Shown here: positions 17,407 to 24,000 of the stretch, piece after piece | Layout of the letters: each line of letters starts with the position of its first letter | How positions within the stretch are numbered: the first letter of the stretch is position 1 | Notes under the pieces: model-generated | Seen by the model: only the letters and a program-made list of their open reading frames with translations | What the model was told of the DNA's origin: nothing | Databases searched by the model: none | Translations under genes and position numbers: made by a program | DNA from: an uncultured Methanosarcinales archaeon | GTDB taxonomy: Archaea; Nanobdellota; Nanobdellia; Woesearchaeales; UBA10107 | Length of the DNA stretch: 24,000 nucleotides | Assembly: GCA_965231065.1 (NCBI GenBank) | Contig: OZ246410.1 | Coordinates: 405,448-429,447, forward strand | Direction: 5' to 3'

Positions 17407-17680
17407 GCTGCATCACATGATACTCTGGTTTGCTGAAATAAGAATGTCCGAAATGTAACAGTAGATCAATGCCGTGCTCTTCAAGACCGCGTGGCAGATC
17501 ACAACCGCCGAACGCAGAACCGCCCCAGATGATGACGCGTGCATCAGTCTGTGATTCGATCGCATCCTGTATCTCTTTCGCCCGAGGTTTCAGACCATCT
17601 GCCAACTGCACGCAAACTACTTTTGCCTTCTCTTTCTTGATCGTTTCAATCGCCTTGTCGAGTTCTATTTCGTATGTCAT
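17396..17680 (-). CDS. Dph2-like N-terminal domain only (94 aa; diphthamide biosynthesis enzyme fragment or stand-alone domain)
   Basis: YEIELDKAIETIKKEKAKVVCVQLADGLKPRAKEIQDAIESQTDARVIIWGGSAFGGCDLPRGLEEHGIDLLLHFGHS resembles Dph2 domain 1 with its first cluster Cys; the other two domains are absent. Confidence 0.75.
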   Translation of the reverse strand: MTYEIELDKAIETIKKEKAKVVCVQLADGLKPRAKEIQDAIESQTDARVIIWGGSAFGGCDLPRGLEEHGIDLLLHFGHSYFSKPEYHVMQHAH

Positions 17681-17979
17681 TATTGTTCACATAATTCAAT
17701 CGCTTTCCTATCCATTACCACATTGAGTGTGCCTTTGCACAGATACAAATCATCTTTGTACGGTTCACACCCAGCACTCTTTCGCGCTTCGATGCAGCAT
17801 GTTGATACATCTTTTTCTATGAGACGTTCTCCGCTGAGCAAAAAGCATGTTGCCGGTGTCTGCGTTGTCTTTCCCGTCACGGTCGGATTCTTGCTGAATG
17901 CGACAAACACGATACCCATGAATACCAATGCCGTGGTAATGATGACGGTCATCCGTACGGAATCTCCTTTTTTATCCAT
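17680..17979 (-). CDS. Hypothetical 99-aa protein with one N-terminal TM segment and cysteine-rich exterior
   Basis: VRMTVIITTALVFMGIVFVAF then C..............CC......C......C.....C; stop/start shares TAATG with the Dph2-like gene. Confidence 0.6.
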   Translation of the reverse strand: MDKKGDSVRMTVIITTALVFMGIVFVAFSKNPTVTGKTTQTPATCFLLSGERLIEKDVSTCCIEARKSAGCEPYKDDLYLCKGTLNVVMDRKAIELCEQ

Positions 17980-18011
17980 GACCTATAAACAAGAAACGCT
18001 GTTTTTAAACT

Positions 18012-19268
18012 TTACCGTGCTTTTAGTGTATTGTAGATCTTGAACAGCATGCCGATCAAGAATGCAAGCACTGCTGCGATAGCAAAGTTGTCCATCGGTG
18101 TCTGTTCGCCGATGTAGTATGAGATGATGCTTACGATCAAAAAGACGAATGAGATGAAGATCATGAACTTTCCTAGCAGATATGATTTTGTTGATTTTGT
18201 CTTGACGACTTTCGCTGAATCTTTCATGACGACGCTTGCGCCGTAGGTCGCTGATACTTTCTGAGTCGCTAATTCCTTATCCAATTTCTTTAGTTCATCA
18301 GTGAACTGTTCTTTTGAGACACTCTTCGCTTCGACTCGTTTCACGTCACGCTGGATGTTTGCGCTGGATGCTCTTAGTTCTTCGATGCTCTTTCTGAGAT
18401 CATCGCCCTTGTTCATCTTAGCGACAGAAGAAAGTTCTTTCCTGACATCCTCAAATTCGTTGCTGATGTCTTCGATCAATCCTTTGACTTGGGTGAGTGT
18501 GATGCTCTGCTTATTCTGATTCTTCAAGGCTGCGATCTCATGAGCGACCTTGTCGAATTCGTTATTGATGTTCTTCAGGACTGACTGAACTTCAGTTCCT
18601 TTCACGAATGCAGCTGCGTTCTTATTCACAGTGACTACGTCTCGTTTGATGCTGTCAAGTCCTGTATTGACTTCATCAAGCAATCGCTTCATCTCGTCCT
18701 TATCGACATATGATTTTAATGTTTTCCTGACATCATTGATATGTTCTTGTGTCGCGTCGAATCGCTTTGCGATCTTGTCTGCATAGTGATTCAGTTCTTT
18801 CCGTTCGACCAGATCATCTTTGAATTCGATAGCACGTACTTCCTGTGAGAGTTTGTTCAATTCACCATTCAGTTGAGCGACCAGTGTCTTCAGTTGTGTT
18901 TCAGTGACTGCATGCTTGCTGGTGTCATCCAATTTCATATTCAATGCGATCAATTTTGCGTTGAGCGTATCTATTTCCTTCAGTACTGATTTCTTGCTGC
19001 CAGCAGCATCGAATGTCTTGATCTGTTTTTCCATATCACTTACTTTATTCAGCTCTTCACTCATCTCGCCGATCTTTATCTTGAGAACATTAAGTTTGTC
19101 GCCCGATACAGAACTGATCTTCGTATCATCGAGCTCTTTTCTGATTTGAGCGTTCTGTTCAGCTTGTGCATTGAGGCTCAACTTGATATCCTGCATATCT
19201 CGTTTGATCGCTGCGAAAGAATTCTCTAAAGCCTTATTCAGCTGTCCTATCGTGGTTGCGGTTAACAT
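18012..19268 (-). CDS. Long coiled-coil protein with C-terminal two-helix membrane anchor (track start TTG 19280; ATG 19268 preferred)
   Basis: About 350 residues of heptad-like charged/leucine sequence, then LLGKFMIFISFVFLIVSIISYYIG and NFAIAAVLAFLIGMLFKIY; an AT-rich TATA-like element lies 28-32 nt upstream of the ATG. Confidence 0.75.
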   Translation of the reverse strand: MLTATTIGQLNKALENSFAAIKRDMQDIKLSLNAQAEQNAQIRKELDDTKISSVSGDKLNVLKIKIGEMSEELNKVSDMEKQIKTFDAAGSKKSVLKEIDTLNAKLIALNMKLDDTSKHAVTETQLKTLVAQLNGELNKLSQEVRAIEFKDDLVERKELNHYADKIAKRFDATQEHINDVRKTLKSYVDKDEMKRLLDEVNTGLDSIKRDVVTVNKNAAAFVKGTEVQSVLKNINNEFDKVAHEIAALKNQNKQSITLTQVKGLIEDISNEFEDVRKELSSVAKMNKGDDLRKSIEELRASSANIQRDVKRVEAKSVSKEQFTDELKKLDKELATQKVSATYGASVVMKDSAKVVKTKSTKSYLLGKFMIFISFVFLIVSIISYYIGEQTPMDNFAIAAVLAFLIGMLFKIYNTLKAR

Positions 19269-19337
19269 TTGACGTGCCAAACCAAACCTATTTTATATTT
19301 AAAGCTTTCCCTTTATTACCCTCGTATAGTAGAGAAT

Positions 19338-19652
19338 TTAGGCCTTATACGGCACTCTGGTGTAATGTCCACAGCTCATACAGAAGTATGTCTTTTTGCC
19401 CTTATTGAGCCGTATCCGTGCATTTAAACCAGGTTTGAGGTATGTATAGCAGTTCTTGCAGAACTTTCGTTTCAGTTCAATTGGAATTCGTATCTTGAGC
19501 CGTGTGGATATCTTGCGTGCCAAAGCGACATATCGGTTCGCCAGTTTCATATCCTTCCTGGAGACCAGCTCTGCCTGTCTGAAGAGCTCCTTGATGTGCT
19601 TTGCAGCGATCTCTTTTTCCTTCTGTTTTTTCTTCTTAAACCGGTCTTTCAT
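19338..19652 (-). CDS. rnp4: Ribonuclease P protein component 4 (Rpp21/Rnp4 family); start revised to ATG 19652 from TTG 19718
   Basis: RIPIELKRKFCKNCYTYLKPGLNARIRLNKGKKTYFCMSCGHYTRVPY with two CxxC zinc motifs; TATA-like TTTAAAAA about 27 nt upstream of ATG 19652. Confidence 0.88.
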   Translation of the reverse strand: MKDRFKKKKQKEKEIAAKHIKELFRQAELVSRKDMKLANRYVALARKISTRLKIRIPIELKRKFCKNCYTYLKPGLNARIRLNKGKKTYFCMSCGHYTRVPYKA

Positions 19653-19700
19653 ACGATTATCCTTCTTTTTGTGCTTTTTAAACTTATCAATCCAAAAACC

Positions 19701-19708
19701 ATATAAAT
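19701..19708 (+). promoter_or_regulatory. TATA element (ATATAAAT) of the leaderless 19730 operon
   Basis: Centred about 26 nt upstream of ATG 19730. Confidence 0.55.
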
Positions 19709-19729
19709 CAACTGGCAATCCGTGTCAGT

Positions 19730-20971
19730 ATGCTTGATATTCTAAAGAGGATGTTCGGAAAGAAAGAGGAAGAGAGAAAGGAGATCCCGTTCTCTGAGGT
19801 CAGCGCATGGTTCGATGCGACAATCAAAGAGTTACCATTGCGTGAAGAGCTCCATGATTTTTTCAATGATCTCTCTGGCTCGATCAAAGTTCTTGATTCT
19901 GCATTGAAAGATCTCGTCGACAGACAACTGAAGGACGAGCTTTCGGAGAATCAGATCGAGATCGTCGATGATCATAAGCGAGATTATATCGCAAAGATGC
20001 GTGACTTCATCAAAAAGATACAGTTGCCAAAAAACATGGATGTCCATACGATCGTCGAATATGATCAGCTGCTTTCTGAATCACTCGAACAGCTTACGCA
20101 ACAGACAAGAGACCATCTCATGGTACTCAACAAGTTCTTCAGCGCAGAAACAGGTAGTATTCTCTCATCATTGCATATGATCGAGACTGCACGTGATGAT
20201 CTGAATGAACTTGTGGAGCAGGAACACGGCGTAAAATACATCTCAAACATGAAGCGGCTGATCAGGACAGTCGATAAAAAGAAAAAACAGGTCGCCGTGA
20301 TTCAGGAACAGCTGCAGCATGAGATCCAGCGCAGGAACGAGATGGAATCGTACAAGGCAAAGCTCGAAACCGAGTTCGATGACCTGAAGACCGCAAGTGA
20401 ATATAATAAATACGATCAGCACTTCTCAAGAAAGATCAGGGTTGAAAAAGAATTCGAGCGTGAACGTCATCAATTTTTAGCGACCTTCAGTCAGATCGCA
20501 AAAGTCCTTCGCGAGTATGAGAAAAATTCATTGGGTATTGGCGGAGATCTCGCGAGACGATATGCTGATGATCCTGTCTCCGCAGTCATGAACGATTCTA
20601 ACTTCCGCATCGTAGACATCATCCCGAACATCATTTCTCAGTTGCCGGTCATGGAGCCAAATGAGATGAGACGTGCACGGATCACACAGGCATTGTCAAC
20701 ATTGACCTTGGAATATTTGAAGCAGTTCGTCGAGAAGAATGTGCTGCTGAGAAATACAATGCAGAATGTCCAGCGGCAGATCACCATGGATCCGGTCTCG
20801 TTGAAAGTCGGCGACATAAACTATAAAATCAAGCATGTACAGGAGCAGATTGCACTTTTTGAGCAGAATCAGGCAAAGTACGAATCGATGATCAAAGAGA
20901 TCGATGCAGGGAAAGCTTTATTAATCTTAGAACGCGAATTAAACTCATTCGCCGGAATAAAGCTACTATGA
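19730..20971 (+). CDS. Hypothetical 413-aa soluble coiled-coil protein
   Basis: Long charged helical regions; no recognised domain; ATGA overlap with the next gene. Confidence 0.75.
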   Translation: MLDILKRMFGKKEEERKEIPFSEVSAWFDATIKELPLREELHDFFNDLSGSIKVLDSALKDLVDRQLKDELSENQIEIVDDHKRDYIAKMRDFIKKIQLPKNMDVHTIVEYDQLLSESLEQLTQQTRDHLMVLNKFFSAETGSILSSLHMIETARDDLNELVEQEHGVKYISNMKRLIRTVDKKKKQVAVIQEQLQHEIQRRNEMESYKAKLETEFDDLKTASEYNKYDQHFSRKIRVEKEFERERHQFLATFSQIAKVLREYEKNSLGIGGDLARRYADDPVSAVMNDSNFRIVDIIPNIISQLPVMEPNEMRRARITQALSTLTLEYLKQFVEKNVLLRNTMQNVQRQITMDPVSLKVGDINYKIKHVQEQIALFEQNQAKYESMIKEIDAGKALLILERELNSFAGIKLL

Positions 20972-21399
20972 TTGAAGTCGATGAGTTTACCAAGAAGTTC
21001 ACAGAACAGAAAGTACCGAATGTAATCAAGCTACAAAGAAATTTCTTCAAAGCGTCTGAACACTTGATGAACATGAAGTCTCAGATCAGACAGGAACCGT
21101 TCGCTATCGGCACATACCTGGGGAGTGGTAAACCATTCCATCCAAGTGCCGCATTATTGGATTGGCTTGGAGAACGTTCCAAGAAATATGTGGTCATCGA
21201 TAAGAAGGCGTCATGGTTATTCTTATGCGGCAGAGATGTATTCGCTGATTCCATCATCAAGAAGAATGCAGACAAGGGTATGGTCTTGGTGAAAAACGAG
21301 CTCGGTGAAGTGCTTGGCTATGGTCAGTTCACCGGACGGCAGGTCGCTATCAAACATATGCTCGATAAAGGATATTTCTTGCGCAGGGAGCGTCATTAG
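20968..21399 (+). CDS. PUA-domain protein, Nip7-like
   Basis: KKYVVIDKKASWLFLCGRDVFADSIIKKNADKGMVLVKNELGEVLGYGQF matches a Nip7-type PUA pattern (WLFLxGRDVF). Confidence 0.65.
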   Translation: MIEVDEFTKKFTEQKVPNVIKLQRNFFKASEHLMNMKSQIRQEPFAIGTYLGSGKPFHPSAALLDWLGERSKKYVVIDKKASWLFLCGRDVFADSIIKKNADKGMVLVKNELGEVLGYGQFTGRQVAIKHMLDKGYFLRRERH

Positions 21400-21912
21400 G
21401 TGTCTGAGATTCTGAAGGAGTTCGAGAAGGAATTCGAAAAAATCCGTAGTGAACTCAAGTTCAAAGCGACATTGCAGGAACTTGATGATATTTTCTTTAT
21501 CACCGATCACGTCCAGAAGGAAGGATTCGTGAGCAAAAAGTTGTCACGGCAGATCTCGAGACGCATCGTCGATATGTATGTCTCGTGGGCACAGTATCTG
21601 CATGGTCTGCTGGTGGCGAACCCTGGTTCATTGGTCAGTATGATCGAGAGCCAGGCATTCAGCGAGACAGAAAAAGAAGATATCACCAGATTGCTGGATC
21701 AGTTGATGGCATTGTCTATCGAGAATAATATCATCGGCATCAACAGGAATAAGAAACAGGAAAGCGAGTTCATCGACAAGTCAGTGCAATTATGGAAGGA
21801 GATCAGTCCGAAGTTAGAATCAGTCATGAAGAAGACACATGGCAGATGGTCTGAACGTTCTCAGATGAAGCCCGAGAAGAAAGATAAAGATAGAAACAGT
21901 ATGTATGGTTAG
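21400..21912 (+). CDS. Hypothetical 170-aa helical protein (GTG start), third gene of the 19730 operon
   Basis: Begins immediately after the stop of the PUA gene; no recognised domain. Confidence 0.65.
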   Translation: MSEILKEFEKEFEKIRSELKFKATLQELDDIFFITDHVQKEGFVSKKLSRQISRRIVDMYVSWAQYLHGLLVANPGSLVSMIESQAFSETEKEDITRLLDQLMALSIENNIIGINRNKKQESEFIDKSVQLWKEISPKLESVMKKTHGRWSERSQMKPEKKDKDRNSMYG

Positions 21913-22256
21913 ATCAGCTTCTGTTCGTCGTTCTCCGTGACTTCTTCTACATTCTTATCGAGCCAGCGGGTGTAATTCAGATATTGTTTCCATGGCTCAT
22001 CCAGTCTCCAGCTTTCTTGGTCTGCAATGATGCGTACCAGTCCAGGAAACCCTTTCATGAGGATCGAAATATCGACCTTTGCTTCACGGTCTGCTTTTTT
22101 GATGTATGGTAAAATGGCACGTCCCATATGAGTCAACTGGTAGAATGATTTGCAACCGATGACCGTATTGAGCAGACGGTCTCGATGGTATGGAGCTTCT
22201 TTACAGTATGCATTCCAGGCAGCAAGTATCTCATTAAATTCTTCTTCAAGTACCAT
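21909..22256 (-). CDS. Hypothetical 115-aa protein
   Basis: TATA-like TTTAAATA about 25-27 nt upstream of ATG 22256 on the minus strand; 4-nt convergent overlap with the preceding gene. Confidence 0.6.
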   Translation of the reverse strand: MVLEEEFNEILAAWNAYCKEAPYHRDRLLNTVIGCKSFYQLTHMGRAILPYIKKADREAKVDISILMKGFPGLVRIIADQESWRLDEPWKQYLNYTRWLDKNVEEVTENDEQKLI

Positions 22257-22344
22257 GACAAGATTGAGAACCGACTTTTATTTAAACTTTCTTTATTTTT
22301 GCGACGAAAAAACTAGGGTCGACTTCGCCTGGCTCGTCTCTCAA

Positions 22345-22391
22345 GTTTTTTCGTGGTCATCATTCTTTCCTGATTTTAGCCACGAAAAAAC
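22345..22391. repeat. 12-bp perfect inverted repeat, GTTTTTTCGTGG (22345-22356) / CCACGAAAAAAC (22380-22391)
   Basis: Arms read directly; 23-nt spacer contains the stop codon of the methyltransferase gene. Confidence 0.8.
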
Positions 22392-23274
22392 CTTCAGAAT
22401 CATTATCTTGCGGCCAGATCCTCAGACAATTCGAGACTTCAGGATCATATTTCTCTTTCTCGAATTCCGTGAAACATGGACTTCGTTTGATATCGAGCTC
22501 AATCGGTTCCAGTTTCGCGTTTGGGAATTTTTCTAATAAGAAACTGACGACGCCTTCATCTTCCTGTGGTTCCATGGTGCACGTCGAATAGACCATGGTT
22601 CCTCCTTGCTTCAGGTTGTTGAACGCTACTGTGATGAGTTTCTTCTGGAGTGCGGCGATCCTTGTTATGAGATCTGCATTCCAATCCATCGCTGATCTGA
22701 TACTTTTCATGATGGTTCCTGTACCTGAGCATGGCGCATCCAATAGGATTCTATCGAACTGTCCTTTGATGTACTGTCCTTTGCTCTTCATGATCGCAGT
22801 ATTTTTTAGTCCGCAGCGCTGGACATTGATTCCCAAGGAAGCTAATCTGTCTCCGGTCATATCGTTTGCGAGAATGATACCAGTATTGTTCATGTACTGA
22901 CCGAGTTGTGTGGTCTTGCTTCCGGGAGCAGCAGCGACATCAAGAACCACTTCATGCTCTTCCGGCGCTAATACGACCGGCGGGATCATTGATGCTGATT
23001 CCTGTACATAGAAATACCCAAGCGCATGTTCGATGAGGTTTCCCAGGTCTGTTCTGTCTCCTACGATCCAGAATCCTTCCTTGCACCAGGGAATCGGTGT
23101 GAGCTTGAATCCCTGCTGTTCCAAGCGCTTCTTCAGATCTTTGATGGTGATTTTCAATGTGTTGATACGGATACTTTTTCTGAGATGTTTGTTGCTTGCT
23201 TCAGCGAACTGATCCCAATCGGTCAATTTCTTATATCGTTCGATAAATTTCTCTTTGAATACCAGTTCAGTCAT
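22360..23274 (-). CDS. NOL1/NOP2/Sun (RsmB/NSUN) family RNA m5C methyltransferase
   Basis: VVLDVAAAPGSKTTQLGQYM, DRILLDAPCSGTG, VYSTCTMEPQEDEGVV. Confidence 0.93.
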   Translation of the reverse strand: MTELVFKEKFIERYKKLTDWDQFAEASNKHLRKSIRINTLKITIKDLKKRLEQQGFKLTPIPWCKEGFWIVGDRTDLGNLIEHALGYFYVQESASMIPPVVLAPEEHEVVLDVAAAPGSKTTQLGQYMNNTGIILANDMTGDRLASLGINVQRCGLKNTAIMKSKGQYIKGQFDRILLDAPCSGTGTIMKSIRSAMDWNADLITRIAALQKKLITVAFNNLKQGGTMVYSTCTMEPQEDEGVVSFLLEKFPNAKLEPIELDIKRSPCFTEFEKEKYDPEVSNCLRIWPQDNDSEGFFVAKIRKE

Positions 23275-24000
23275 AATTGCTTCACCATATATGGTCCTTC
23301 AATTGCATATCCTATTTTCTTGTAATACTCTCTTACACCGACACCCGAGATGACGACCATCTTCTTTTTGCCGTCTTTCTTTGCCTGCGCTTCAGCAAGT
23401 TCCATGAGTTTCTTTCCAACTCCTTTGTGTTGTATGATGCCTTCCTCTCCAACAGGAACAGTACTGCCATAGACATGCAGTTCTCTGATCAAAGCGCTGT
23501 CCTTTGTTATTTCAGGCCTTAGAAATTCAGAAGGATATCGCAGTCGTACGAATCCGACGATCGCATCCTGTTTTTCAGTATCTGCTGAGATGAAGAATTC
23601 GGTTCCTCCTGAAGCGTCATACTTTTTTGTATTGAAATGTATGTTCTCATCAGGATCATGTCTGCCGATCTCTCTGCACCGTATGCATTGGCATTGTATC
23701 TTTCTTTTCTCAGTCATTTCAGTGACGTACTGTCTTAAATTACTCTTATCGACACCTGCTTCCATGAATTTTGGAGGAATATCTCGTTGGACACGCATGA
23801 TCCTGCAGTATTTCTGCACAAATCGCTTTCCCTCAGCGATACGATCGGCTGCCTCTTCAGTCGTGATTGGCTTGAATTCTCCTCGCTGCATCTGGTTATA
23901 CAATACTGTTCCTTTCGAGACCATGCACGGATAGATCTTCAGCATGTCTGGTTGATAATCAGGACTTTCAAATAATTCTTTCAATGCATTGATGTCTCGT
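23271..24000 (-). CDS. elp3: Elp3 family tRNA uridine acetyltransferase/radical SAM protein, C-terminal part (5' end beyond window)
   Basis: Frame continues to the edge as RDINALKELFESPDYQPDMLKIYPCMV; IQCQCIRCREIG; acetyltransferase domain VRELHVYG-type (IRELHVYGSTVPVG), HKGVGKKLMELAE, YYKKIGYAIEGPYMVK. Confidence 0.93.
   Translation of the reverse strand, partial: RDINALKELFESPDYQPDMLKIYPCMVSKGTVLYNQMQRGEFKPITTEEAADRIAEGKRFVQKYCRIMRVQRDIPPKFMEAGVDKSNLRQYVTEMTEKRKIQCQCIRCREIGRHDPDENIHFNTKKYDASGGTEFFISADTEKQDAIVGFVRLRYPSEFLRPEITKDSALIRELHVYGSTVPVGEEGIIQHKGVGKKLMELAEAQAKKDGKKKMVVISGVGVREYYKKIGYAIEGPYMVKQL

Noticed and set aside
19653-19718. 22-aa N-terminal extension of the RNase P subunit from TTG 19718
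   Set aside because: It would overlap promoter-like sequence. ATG 19652 has properly spaced TATA-like DNA and gives a family-typical N-terminus.
22150-22536. 128-aa plus-strand ORF across the intergenic region and methyltransferase 3' end
   Set aside because: It is antisense to two genes with no recognisable domain; the intergenic part is better explained by promoter and hairpin elements.
1-24000. CRISPR arrays, transposases, integrases, toxin-antitoxin or known defence genes
   Set aside because: Looked for on both strands; no regularly spaced direct repeats or recognisable protein motifs found.

Overview
This is a gene-dense chromosomal window from an archaeon, probably a DPANN-like or otherwise divergent lineage. 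Lineage is inferred from the gene content (Rnp4/Rpp21 RNase P subunit, Dph2-like fragment, Hel308-like helicase, archaeal-style ADP-forming acyl-CoA synthetase) and from TATA boxes about 26 nt upstream of many start codons, which implies leaderless mRNAs. Main contents: LipB (partial); a minus-strand operon lipA > unannotated 45-aa ORF > E1-alpha > alpha/beta hydrolase > E1-beta > E2; a class A beta-lactamase-like serine hydrolase; an acyl-CoA synthetase alpha-like protein with an O-methyltransferase; a Glu/Leu/Phe/Val dehydrogenase; a nitroreductase; an ATP-dependent DNA ligase; tRNA-Arg(GCG); a GGDEF protein with a tightly linked unknown gene; a Hel308-like helicase missing its whole first RecA domain; tRNA-Ile(GAT) and tRNA-Asn(GTT); a Dph2 fragment with only the first domain; a coiled-coil membrane protein; Rnp4; a three-gene operon with a Nip7/PUA-like protein; an NSUN-type RNA m5C methyltransferase; and Elp3 (partial). 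No CRISPR array, transposase or clear defence island was seen. The best leads are (1) the separate Hel308 C-terminal gene and the Dph2 N-terminal fragment flanking a tRNA pair, (2) an archaeal GGDEF protein in a bicistron with an unknown protein, and (3) a hidden 45-aa basic ORF coupled on both sides inside the lipoate/oxoacid dehydrogenase operon.
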